The position numbers and the translations under genes were made by a program. Below the pieces are notes generated by a model that ran no database searches, was not told where the DNA came from, and saw nothing but the letters and a program-made list of their open reading frames with translations. Shown here piece after piece: positions 39,651 through 51,807 of a stretch of DNA of 64,000 nucleotides; the stretch's first letter is position 1; each line of letters starts with the position of its first letter. The stretch covers positions 74,338,001 to 74,402,000 of the forward strand of contig NC_042997.1 in the NCBI RefSeq assembly GCF_006345805.1, in the 5' to 3' direction. The DNA is from Octopus sinensis. Its lineage: Eukaryota.

Positions 39651-40159
39651 CACTCACTCACTCTATCTCTCTTTCTCACCCTCTTTCTCTCTCACATACA
39701 CATGCACAAGCACGCACGCATGCACACACACACACACACATAGATACACACACAGACACGTCCATTACACATATCTTCTTTCAATTTCTGCTCTCTGCAA
39801 ATAAAATTTTTACGGATACAACTGCTTACAAAAATAGGGATTAATATATAATTTCTTTATATGTTCATAATTAAATAAATGTTTTAATGATTAGACAGAG
39901 GTCCAATACAATAGCTCTCAGAAACAGACTATGTACAAATTCTTTCTTCACAACACCTGAAACTGTTTTCTGACAGTGGGAGGAAGAAATTTTCATACAG
40001 CTGGATGGTCCAATTGAAACTGTGGACCCAAAAAGATAAGTTTGAGAAACGCTGTTATAGATTATGCCTAACCGAAAACGATCACACCCACATCATCCAA
40101 ACAGATTGGGTGAAACTGGGCTTAACCTCTAGTATATATACATATATATATATATATAT

Positions 40160-40435
40160 ATAAAAACATGATGCGAAGGATTCAGCGGTACATATGTTTC
40201 GGGCCTTTATTAGACAGATTTATAACAATGCATAATGTATGTCTGTGGCCTTCTTCAGCCGCGCACAACAGCTTCCACAAGGACATGTGTTACATCAAGA
40301 ATTCTTGGTTGGGGATGCAAATCCTCTCATTCGCGTACGACATAATGCGGCAGCAGCATAGAATTGAAGCGTCCATCTCTTTCTTCTCTCAATGTAGAAT
40401 GAGGAAATTTGGATGTTGAAGTAATGTAAATAAAT
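40160..40435. repeat. Left arm of 276-bp perfect inverted repeat (partner 44684-44959)
   Basis: End-to-end reverse-complement match. The ORF track gives an identical 83-aa ORF on opposite strands. Confidence 0.97.
40185..40262 (-). ncRNA. Minimal type I hammerhead ribozyme, sense to the Naiad ORF and the dynein gene
   Basis: GCGG-CUGAAGA-AGGCC...GGCCC-GAAAC-AUAU-GUA-CCGC. Helix I is 4 bp, helix II is extended (ggcc and acaga/tctgt), and helix III is palindromic. Confidence 0.8.
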
Positions 40436-42289
40436 AAATACATATATAGACGTGAAGATGGAGGGGCGAGAATTCAGGACGAGGGATAAAAAATGTATAA
40501 AAATTGTAAGTATAGAAAAATATAAAAATGTAGAGTATAAAGATATAAAGGGATATAAGGAGATGTAAAGGGGGTATAAAGAATATAAAGAAATATAAAG
40601 AAATATAAATAAATGTAAAGGCATAAGGTTATAAAGTAAAAATAGAAATAGAAATAAAGGTAAAAAGTAAAAAGTAAAAAGATAAAAATAGGAATAAACA
40701 TGATAAAAATGTAAAAAGATAAAAAAATATAAAGATAAGGGATGTATAGAGGTTACGGACCAAACATGGTGGTCAGGAGATTGATAAAAATTTAGTTGTA
40801 GAAGTTTTGGGTGTCAATATATCAACAGTGTCGTCTGGGGACCTAATGTGTTGTAAATCAGAGCTGTTGAGCGTTTAATCTGGTTCTTAGAATTAATTGG
40901 TCATCTAGTACATATATACCATCATGGATACATACACCCATATACACGCGTACAATATACGCCTCCAAGCCTATAAGCATACACACGCACTCACGTGTAA
41001 ACATGTACATAAACACACACACACCCACACGCACGCGCGTACATATACATACATACAACAGAATATCCGCATGTATACACGGACATTATACGTGTACACA
41101 CCCATATGTACATACGTGCGTCCATCCTTACATACACATACGCATATGCCCACGCTTCCAGGTTTAGATATAAGATATTAAAGGATGTATATAAGAACGT
41201 ATGTAAAGAATCACGCACTCACGTCTACACGTGCACGCACACACGGCTGTGTGTCCATATGTGCGTGCACATATACACTTACATACACACACAGAGACAT
41301 ACTCGCATATGGGTATAGCTATAAGATATTAAAAGATGTATACAAATAGGTGTAAACATATGAATATAAGAAAACATGTAAAAAAAGAAATACGGGGTAT
41401 GTACATCCAGACGTAGATGTTTACTCATACATATGTACATATATGTATACGTATACATACGTACACGGACGCTCGTATAATCATGAAGTGGATCCATAGG
41501 TAAGTAAATAAGGGATAAGCAAAAAAATAGACATATATAGAGATATAAAGATATAAAGCGATATGTTAGGGGTAAGGATGAGGGTAAGGGTAAAAATTAG
41601 AAATAAAAGTAAGAAATACAGTATAAAATAAGAAATACAATGTAAAAGTTAGAAATGAAATATAAAAATTATAAAAATTATAAGAGTTAAGATAAGGGAT
41701 GAAAATAAAAATGAGAATAAATCGAAGTAGAATAAAAGTAAAAATAAAAGTAAAAATAAAAATAAAAATAAAATAAAATTAAATTAAAATAAAAATATAA
41801 TTTGGTAAAGTTTAACATGAGATGAAGGTGGTTGAAAGTTAGAGGTGTGTGTTAAAGGTGCCCACGTAGGGGCGGGCGGGGGGAACTGAAAATTGGAAGG
41901 GTGGGAAGTGGAGTTTGGCGGTGTGCGTTCAACATCCGAGTTAGAAATGTGAAAGGGTATAGATATAGGGAAATAAAGAGACTATATAGGAAGGATATGG
42001 GTGTAGGAGAAGAAATATGTAGGGAAAAGAAGACATATATGGGAGACAAAATTTGTATATATAGGAGGAAAATGCAGGGAAACATATATGCACATACACA
42101 CACCCACACACACACACACACACGCGCACATATATATATATATATACATATACGTACACATATGTGCACATACATATATATACGCACACATATACGCATA
42201 TACACGCACATATAGGAAAGTGGGATGTGCTGGAGCCAACAGGTTGCACCGGGTGGGAGGAAATTGCATGGGGGAGTTGGTATAATAAC

Positions 42290-44685
42290 CTAAGCTTTGT
42301 AGTATTTGAAAGTATTAATAAGTTTGTGTATACAGGATGGTTTGAACTCTGACCTTTTGTTAATAAGATTGTGTTTGTCTTTGAATTTCACGATGTTCAG
42401 GAGTTCTACACAACATAGTTGGCATCCTGCTCTATTATTAAAATAAGGTGCAGCTGATCCGATGATGGACCACCTGAGTTTGAAGCCTATGCATTTGTCT
42501 TTTAATTCCCAAATTCTTTTAGAAAGGGAGGTGCTGTTAGCCTTATGTCTGTGTTTCAGCGAGGACCGGTGGTTGTAGTATCTGGATTTCCAGGAGGTTG
42601 AGCAACCTATGTAGGTGAGTGTGTTAAACTGGGTACTCACCTCACATGAATATATTACGTTTTTCGCCCTACATGCGCCCTGTGGCGGGCACTCTGATGC
42701 ACATCTGCAGTTGCATTGCATTGCATTATTCGGTCGTGTGCTGCTAATCCCAGGCGGAGGTGTTGCAATACGAGTGGGGGCGTTGATATCCTCCTGGTTG
42801 TTGATGGGTGTAGTATTTCCTCTGTTGTGTTGGCGGGTGTTCTTACTAACTGTTTGGGTAGTATGGCTGCCAGTCTGGTTATATTGTCTACTATCTAGAT
42901 GAGGGGGGTTCTGTTGGTCGCTATAGTTTGCTCTTGATCTAGCTATTCTAATATTAATATAGTTATGTTTAGCTATGAGGCAGCTCATGTTGGGCAGGGT
43001 AGAGTAGGAAATCCTAATGGTTTTGTTGGAGAAGATACTTCTATACTTATGGGTGGGTGGGAAGTTGTTGGAAATGATAGAGAATATTCTCTTACATAAC
43101 TTACCCCTAACTGCTAAGTTGTAAGGTATGTTGAACCATATATATTTGCGTAATCTACTATTATCCCTTCTATTTCTCCTAATAGGATCTATATTGCTCT
43201 CGTCGGGAGGGTTACTATTGTGTGCTATTCTATTAGTTCGCCTATTTCCTATACGTTGTTTGGAGTTTAACTTAGAATTATCGCTAGTGTGAGTTGAGTG
43301 CTGAGTTCGATTATAATTGGGAGTTTTATGGCCGACGGACGTTCCCGGGTGGTCTACATATGATATTCTCTGGTTATACCCGGCACTATAGAGAGCCTGG
43401 TTGTAGTGTTGTGCGTGATTATTGAAAATTTCTCTATTAGAGGATAGTTTTGTGAGTCTGTCTGAGATGGCTTGGACCGTGGTGCTAATTATACAGGGTG
43501 GATGGTTGGAAGAGGTATGGATGTATTTGGTAGTTTCTTCGGGTTCCTATACGGGTGGTGAAGGTGCTTATTCAAGTCTAACGTAACATCTAAGAAGTTT
43601 ACTATTTTAGTATTGGTCATAAATTCTAGTTTAAGATTGAAGGATTTGAAAAAAAGCCTGATCTTTTTCCTAATTCTTTCTAGTTTACTCCTATTGTTGG
43701 TGGGGTATATGAAGAGAGCGTCGTCTCTGTATAGACCCCCCTGAAGATCCGGTACCTCGGAGAAAAGCTTCTTGAGCAGGTAGGCCCCGACCAAGTCAGT
43801 CACCTGAGCTGAATCGCTCGAGCCCATAGCCACATCAAAATTGTCGGGGGTATCGGATCTGGTCCAGAGTCTACCGTCGAATTCTATTATGGTTTTTCTA
43901 GCTAATAGTATTATGTCAATTTTTTCTCTGTCTATGAGTGAAAGGTTGTGGGCAAATATAAGGGATTTGTTAAGTAAGATGGGGGATATACTGGCGTAGT
44001 AGCTAGCTATGTCGAATTGGATGAATGAGTAGTTGGGCCTATTGGTGATAGTGTTAAACCATTCTAGCACATCGTCGGTGTTAATCCATAGTTGGAGTGG
44101 GATGTGGGGTTTGATGCGTGGGATCACCTTGTCCAGGATAGTCTTGCTAAGTCTGCCGATATCCGATTTAGTCGGACAGATTAATCGTACTCCTACATTA
44201 TCTGGGAAGTCTTTCTTATGGTCTTTAATAGTAATTTTGGGTACTTGTGGTTTAATAGGTTCTGTTCTGTCCAGGAGGTCTAATTTGCTCATAACTTCCT
44301 TGATTTTGTAGTTAATTTCCTTAAGGTTATCCGTAGAAGTAGTTTTATATTTTTTGCTAAGTTCCCTCATGATGAGCGATTTGTAGGTTTGGTAGTCTAG
44401 CCTATACCAGTTCCCAGTCTTGTCGGCGGGTATGATAAGACTATCATCATTCCTAAGTGAATGCAGGAAATCTTTAAGGCTCCTTAAGTGGGTGTTGGAA
44501 ATGGTCTTATGTTTACTAATGTTGATGTTGGTAATGAGGTCAATTAAGTCTTTTTCAAAATTTTCCAGTGCGTAGTTAGAGGATGGGTTTCTTCTGCTTT
44601 TAAATATCTTCCTGTGTGCTATTTCTTCTTGGTTAGAGTTGGGGTTGCTTTTCCCCGGGTTATCGAAATGGTAGGCCGCCCACAT
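42290..44685 (-). pseudogene. Naiad-type RT plus GIY-YIG endonuclease ORF (about 800 aa), single frameshift near 43544
   Basis: PADKT, RLICP, FDIASYY, AMGS, YRDD, FLDV. The shifted frame stays open from RKPEETTKYIH..NHP through WFNIPY, CNCRCASEC, VIY..YIG and CQLCCVE to NKRSE..CIH and TAG. Confidence 0.92.
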
Positions 44686-44959
44686 TTATTTACATTACTT
44701 CAACATCCAAATTTCCTCATTCTACATTGAGAGAAGAAAGAGATGGACGCTTCAATTCTATGCTGCTGCCGCATTATGTCATACGCGAATGAGAGGATTT
44801 GCATCCCCAACCAAGAATTCTTGATGTAACACATGTCCTTGTGGAAGCTGTTGTGCGCGGCTGAAGAAGGCCACAGACATACATTATGCATTGTTATAAA
44901 TCTGTCTAATAAAGGCCCGAAACATATGTACCGCTGAATCCTTCGCATCATGTTTTTAT
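44684..44959. repeat. Right arm of 276-bp perfect inverted repeat, abutting the ORF ATG
   Basis: Reverse complement of 40160-40435. Confidence 0.97.
44857..44934 (+). ncRNA. Second copy of the hammerhead motif, antisense to the ORF and the dynein gene
   Basis: gcgg ctgaaga aggcc...aggccc gaaac atat gta ccgc. Confidence 0.8.
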
Positions 44960-45036
44960 TTTGATCAATTTACTCCACCACCTACACCACCAAACGGTAT
45001 ACACAAGTGCTTATAATTATCAAGTACTCACCCCGA

Positions 45037-45073
<37 letters not shown>

Positions 45074-46037
45074 ATTTTTTTTACCACACCCTTACAAATA
45101 ATGGAGGAAGCTTTATATGGAAAAAAATTTAGGAAAATTTATGGATCTCTCCACCACTTCATCTAATTTTTTTTTTTTTTTGCACTACACACTTAAAAAC
45201 AATGTGAGATGCATTTTTGGTACAAGAAAAAATATTTCGAAATAGTGAAAAATAATATAAGTCCATTCGAAGGATTTAAGTCAGGTCACTATATGTTTAT
45301 AACACAACCGGTAAACTATGTAGACAGGTACTACCTGTGGTATTTTGAAAAAAAATATGGTTCTGTGTGGAACAAGAAAAAATTTAAATAAGAAGAGAAA
45401 AATAATTATGGCTAGAAGAAAAAGAAATGAAAGAAAAAATGTGTTGAAAGAGAAAAAAATACATAATTCTGCGTGGTACAAGAAAAATCTAAATATGATG
45501 AGAAAAATAATTCTGGTTAGAAGAAAAACAAACGAAAAAAGAATATATAATGTTGTGTTGAAAGAAGAGAGAAAAAAGGGGGAGGTGTTGTGGCAGATAC
45601 CCCAAGATGCGAAGTGGGTTGGTCCACTACTAATAAATAATGGACAGACTCAGTAAGTAGTGACAGTCAGCAAGGTACGCTGTATGGGCCAGTCACGCAA
45701 TCGATGAAGTTATGTGTCATTATGCGGGACATATGATTTTCAAAAAAAGTTTTGATGGGGCTTTTCCAACTACCTTTTCACCATGGCCTTCAAAATGATG
45801 ATGGAAAAATTTATTTTTAACTTATGATTCCTTTTTCCATCTTCCCCACTCCCTCCAGAACAATTTTGGCCAGTTTTTGGCACTACACACTTAAAAACTT
45901 TAGGAGAAGCCTTTTCAGTAAAAAACAAAAAATTTTGAAAATATTTTCAGATGAAAGGGTTGTGATTTAAGGGAGATATGACTGTTATTTCTAGCACATC
46001 CCACAACCACCTTCCTCATTTCTTCATCACTATGACA

Positions 46038-46422
46038 TACTCTTTTACTCTTTTACTTGTTTCAGTCATTTGACTGTGGCCATGCTGGAGCACCACCTCC
46101 AGTTGAGCAAATCGACCCCAAGACTTATTCTTTGTAATCCTAGTACATATTCTATCAGTCTCTTTTGCCGAACCGCTAAGTTACAGGGATGCAAACATAC
46201 CAACATCAGTTGTCAAGCGATGTTGGGGGACAGACACAAACACACACACACACACATATATACATATACATATATACGAGTTTCTTTCAGTTTCCATCTA
46301 CCAAATCCACTCACAAGGCTTTGGTCGGCCAGGGTCAATAGTAGAAGACACTTGCCCAAGGTGCCATGCAGTGGGACTGAACCTGGAACCATGTGGTTGG
46401 TAAGCAAGTTACTTACCACACA
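46038..46422 (-). mobile_element. tRNA-derived octopus-type SINE, head slightly truncated
   Basis: Matches 63310-63712 and has an (AGAGTAAA)n-type tail. Confidence 0.92.
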
Positions 46423-47085
46423 TGTATAATGTAGTAATGTTCTTCAATATTTTTCTCCCCATAAACACATGGGAAAAAGATGACACACAGGAAATAGATA
46501 CCAATCACTAAACATAGAAAGAGTCTGTAGAAGAAAATTTGGGAAGATGTGGGGCAAAGTGGTGTAGACTGACTGCAAAATGTTGAGCCTCCCAGAGGAG
46601 GTAATGGGGCCCCAAGATGAAAGATGATATACTGTGCATATCCCCTCTTTAGAACTTTTCAGGCTTCTTTCTTTATATTTTTCTGTGGACCTAATTACAA
46701 GATTTCTCTTCTTTTATGTACTGTTTTGCCAGTTCATTATGTGTTTGTTTGAAGCAGTTTTACCTTACCACTATCCCATTTGATCAATGTCTAGTTTCTT
46801 TCTACTTATTTATTTCCAGCACTGCATCCTCCCTTCTTCATTCACTGCTGATTCATTGAAGGACAAGAGCTCAAACTTTCCATTACCCATGACAATAAAG
46901 CTTTGCCTTTGAAAAACATTTGGCTGCTAAGATTTAGTGATCATATAGAAGCTCCTTCACTGTCTTGACACGACAGAAATTTAAATTTAGCAGATAATTT
47001 ATTTAGAAAATAATAATAACGCTTTTGAGCAGAAAAGAAAGAAAGAGGAAGAGAAAATCTTCCCTCATCTAAAGTGGAAGCTTAC

Positions 47086-47351
47086 CTTCAAGTTTCTCCG
47101 TACTTTATCAATAAAGTATCTCCAGCAATTCTCTCTGGAATCATCCATGCCCATACCCTTTACTTCAGGTCGCATAGTATTTATAATAACTTCAAGTTCA
47201 TCATCAGTAAATAAATTCAAGATCTCACCAGAAGTCAGTAAATCATTGATAAGAACGAGAAATATTTCATCAGCCACTTGAGCATCAGTCATTAGAAAGA
47301 CAATGCCAAGATTTTTCAGACCAGCTTTGATATACAGTTGGTTCAGATCAG
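47086..47351 (-). CDS. DNAH9/11/17: Dynein heavy chain exon (AAA4)
   Basis: Acceptor ctccttcaaaAG, 266 nt, donor GTAAG. Reads (A)DLNQLYIKAGLKNLGIVFLMTDAQVADEIFLVLINDLLTSGEI...FIDKVRRNLK. G plus CT rebuilds an Ala codon with the upstream exon. Confidence 0.95.
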
Positions 47352-48404
47352 CTTTTGAAGGAGAGATGGGAGAGAGGTGTGGAGAAATAGAGAAATAAAA
47401 ATAAAAAAAAGAGAAAGAGAGAGCAAATATTAAGTTTCTTTAAATACACATTAAAAGCAGAGATATAATTATATTAGGAAATAAAATAAATGGTTTTTAC
47501 TGAATATTATAAATCCATTAAAAAGAAAAAGTACTAATCAACTAACTGCTCTACAAGCATGTGGTCTTGTGACACAGTAAATAATCAATAACAATTAATT
47601 TAGAAAACCCAATAGAGCTGACTGGTATTTTTATAGCTTCTCTTGTGTTTAAATTTATCAAGTAAAAATACGCCCATGTCTGCTTGGATTGGCTACAAGC
47701 ACTTCTCATATGAACTTACACCTATTATCTCGGTCGTATGACCTAAAATTTAAAACATATCTAAGATAATACACCCTGTACTAAAAAATATCAAAATAAC
47801 AATTCCTGTAGCAGAATCCATCGGGATATTCGTATCATTAATACTGATAACAGAACAAACAAACTTGAAACATAACTGTAAACATGATGATGAAAATGAT
47901 AACATAAAAGCACTGAAGAAATATGAAAAAAAGATACGGATGCAGGTATGGATGTGTTAAGACATTGACTTTGCAATGATGTAGATTCATGTCTGGTTTC
48001 ATTCAGCAGTACTTCAGGTAAATATCTTTGAACATAGCACCTTTGTGTTGACCAACCATTGATAAGGGAAATTTAGCAAATGGAAACTGTGAAGTGCATT
48101 ATATATATATATATATATCCTTTTCTTCTCTGTGAGTTGAAAATGCAACTAATGGTTTCATGTGAAGATATATTCACAATTGTTCAAGTATGCCACATGA
48201 AAGTGTTGATACTCATCACCATTTTGGAAGAAACTGAACAGGATTTTCATATAAATACACAGATCATGGGAGGTAACTTATATGAATATCTTAATTCTTC
48301 TCTCCCTTACGTTAGCCCTGAAATTTCATTCATCAGAGATTAATTCCTTAATTATCATATGCAAGAACATTAGTGCATGCCCATATTTATAAATGTGTGT
48401 GTGT

Positions 48405-48970
48405 GTGTGTCATCCCATAAATATTGTTTTTTTTTATACTTCTTTTATTTTTCAAAATTAAGATAAACAAAGTTTTTTTAATCGAAAATTATTCCTCCAG
48501 TACTGTTCTGACCTTGTCTACAGAATTCATATTTTTTCAGTCCAAATGGGATAAATGATAATCAGATGGGGCAAAATCCAGCATATATGGTGGGTGGGGG
48601 CATCGTTTCCCCAGTCTTAGGAATGTGGCCGAACATTATCCTGATGGAAAAACACCTTTCGTCTTGAAACCAAAGATGATAGTTTTTCTTCTAGTGCAGA
48701 CTTAAACTGCACAAGTTGCTCACAGTAGATCTCCTTGGTTTCAGTTTCAAAGTGGATTAAACCTTTCATATCCCACCAAACAGATAACAATACCTTACGT
48801 GGGTGAAGACCTACTTTAACCTGGGATAGCAGTGTTTCTCCTTTCCCTACCCACCATCTTGGCACTTGACATTTTTATAGAGAACCCATTTCTCATCACC
48901 AGTCACTAGTCGGTGCAAAAAAGGTTCATTTGTGCAGTGTAACAGCAAAGATGAGTACATATTCACTCTC
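48405..48970 (-). mobile_element. Internally deleted mariner (third family)
   Basis: VGLHPRKVLLSVWWDMKG..HFE, FHQDNVRPH. Confidence 0.85.
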
Positions 48971-49019
48971 TGTGCATGATTAGACTTGGAAATTTGTGAA
49001 GAACCCATTGTTTTGGTAT

Positions 49020-49245
49020 GGTTTTTATGGTTGGATGCCTTTCATAACACCAACCACACCATAGAGTGGACTGAGGCTTTTTATGTGGCACCAGCACAGG
49101 TAAGGTTTGTTTTGGCATGTTTTTTTACAGCTGGCATGTTTTCTACAGCATGTTTTTTGCAGCTTCCAAATGCCAACCACTTCACTGGATGCTTTTTACA
49201 TGGCACCAGCACCAGCATGGTCACTAAGTACCTTGCAAGACAAGG
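49020..49245 (-). mobile_element. RTE 3'-UTR-derived repeat
   Basis: ggatgcctttcataacaccaaccac...tttatgtggcacc. Confidence 0.7.
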
Positions 49246-49794
49246 AATTTTGAAGGGGAGGAGGAATTGGAAGTGTTTTACTATAGAGGAGTTACATGGT
49301 TACCCAACCAAGAGAAAGAGGGAGAGAGAGAGAGAGAGAGGGAAAGAGAGAGAGAGTAAGAGGGAGAGAGTGGTAACAAGAAAGAGGACAGAAACAGGTG
49401 TAGAGGAGATACATGGTTACACAGCCAGAGGAAAGAGCAAGGGAGAAAGAGAGGGAGAGAGAGAGAGAAAGCAAGAGAGAACAGGAGAAAGATAATAGTG
49501 AAGTGCCAGTAAGGAAGAGAGAGATAAATGTTGACAATTGCTAGGACATGCCCTCAAAGTACAGGTACACATGGCTAGGTATTACCAAAGTGCAAGTAGG
49601 GAGTGGGGGTTGCTCTGACTGGTGAGAACCTGGGAACAAAGAGGTGGATGGGGAAAGGAGTGATACAGTGAGCAGGGCAGTGAGGGCAGGGATGGGGAGC
49701 TGGAGAAAATCATTGTGTATGAAGAAATGTGAGGAAGAGAAAAGATGCAGTTTAGGAGAGGAGATGTAGTTTGGATTTTAGGGGTAGGGTATAT

Positions 49795-50188
49795 CTTTTA
49801 CTCTTTTACTTGTTTCAGTCAGTTGACTGTGACCATGCTGGAGCACCCCCTTTAGTCGAGCAAATTGACCCCAGGACTTATTCTTTGTAAGCCTAGTTCT
49901 TATTCTATTGGTCTCTTTTCCTGAACCGGTAAGTCACAGGGACGAAAACACACCGCCATCGGTTGTCAAGTGATGTTAGGGAGAAAAACACAGACACACA
50001 CATACATATATACATATACATATATACGACAGGCTTCTTTCAGTTTCCGTCTACCAAATCCACTCACAAGGATTGGTCGGCCCAAGGCTATAGTAGATGA
50101 CACTTGCCCAAGATGCCACGCAGTGGGACTGAACCCAGAACCATGTGGTTTGTAAGCAAGCTACTTACCACACAGCCACTCCTGCATC
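49795..50188 (-). mobile_element. tRNA-derived octopus-type SINE
   Basis: Matches 63310-63712. Confidence 0.92.
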
Positions 50189-50207
50189 CATAAGTATGTG
50201 AAAATTT

Positions 50208-50317
<110 letters not shown>

Positions 50318-50339
50318 ATAATGTTTCCTTGATAGAGAG

Positions 50340-51050
50340 GTTGCATTTGCTCTCCTATCCCCTACATATGTTGCCCTTAGCTATGATGCTCTGGTTGTAT
50401 GGGAGTTGCTCAGTTTCCTCTCTTTAAGTGTCTATACCCTATTGAATAAAGATGTATATCTTTTGCTTTTTGTCTCTGAATAAAGCCAAGTGCTGTGTAT
50501 GTTTTCCATCATTCTAATGTAATGTTTTTGTTGTTTTGTTCAAGTCCATAATGCTGGCTTTGTACACTAGTCCTTTTTCCAGGCACTTATTGTTCAGGGA
50601 ACAGTTATCCAGAGATCTATAATTACAGGATTTTTGTAGGGGATGTTCCTCATGTTATTCTTATTGTGATTGAAAATTACTGATTCTCTGATGGAGAGGC
50701 AATTATAGCTAACTTTGACCATATTTCCCTTGAATATCTAGTGGTATTTATGAGTTTCAGAAAATTTCAAGCTATATTTATATACAGTTATGCTGTATGG
50801 TAGATTATACCATAGTTTTTTCCTCTGTCTACATTTTTTAAACCTATCTACGTTTGGTTCAATATAAATTCTACTATTTTTAAAATTGGACCTTTCTATA
50901 GAAGTGTTGTAATGTGAGGCTGCATTTTTGAAAGTAGCTTCATTAGTTTTTACTATGGGTTGCCTGTGAATCATTAATGTAAGTTGGAAGGAATGCCTCC
51001 TATATGTAATGTGTTCAAGTTGTAACATAATGTGTGTAGTTAGCATTTTT
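50340..51050 (-). mobile_element. Old Naiad-type Penelope fragment (thumb plus GIY-YIG)
   Basis: ASHYNTSIERSNF, RKKLWYNLPYS, DNCSLNNKCLEKGLVYKASI. Confidence 0.75.
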
Positions 51051-51700
51051 TTTAAAGACAGTTCATAGAAAGAATTTATTTACAGTGATTTCTTAAAGAG
51101 GCATGAATAAAGAATATTCAGAAAGAAAGTTCATAAAAGTTGTGTAACGAATGCTAGCAAATGGCAACAAGGATTAAACTTACATATGAATGGGAACCAA
51201 ATATATGTGTGTGCAAGACAGGAAAAATCGTATGACTAACTATATACACTGAGGTTTATATGGAGCAGAGTGGAAGCTGATATTAATCAAATGAGTTGCG
51301 TGTAGTTGGTGGTAGACACAGAAAATGTGACATGTTGAAGAAAGTGATGTTGCTTCTATGTCGTCAAATCCACAATTGCTCAAGTTATTCCAAAAAGGTG
51401 TGCAATAATGCTGAGTGGAAGTTGTGACTTGTATTATTATGCTTCCAGCTCTGATTGGCTAGAATCTGCCAAAGCACAACTGAACTAAGTTACAACACAA
51501 CAGATCTTTCCTGTCTCACTACAAATGTCTCTGACTGTTATTCACTTCCACTACATTTGTTGATTTTTGTTCCGTCTACCAGTGACACCAACATGAATTG
51601 CACTGTTTTCAAAAATACTGATAGTTATATTAATGGTTGTAATATCTTGTATATAGATATATAGATAGATAGATAGATATGTAAACATATATATATGATT

Positions 51701-51791
<91 letters not shown>

Positions 51792-51807
51792 TTAAAACAA
51801 TTAAACA

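Larger units (their letters stand above)
40160..45039 (-). mobile_element. Young Penelope-like element (Naiad-type) with inverted pseudo-LTR, between (TA)n tracts
   Basis: RT plus GIY-YIG ORF, 276-bp perfect inverted repeat, an 80-bp extension at 44960-45039, and (TA)n on both sides. Confidence 0.9.

Noticed and set aside
40850-42290. Many short ORFs rich in H/T/Y/I/V/C
   Set aside because: Translations of (CA), (TA) and (TG) low-complexity tracts.
42290-44685. Selenocysteine recoding, reported for some Naiads
   Set aside because: No in-frame TGA is seen. The ORF ends in TAG and the internal break is a frameshift.
40168-44951. Identical 83-aa ORF on both strands, read as a duplicated gene
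   Set aside because: It lies entirely in the inverted pLTR, has no recognisable motif, and overlaps the hammerhead.
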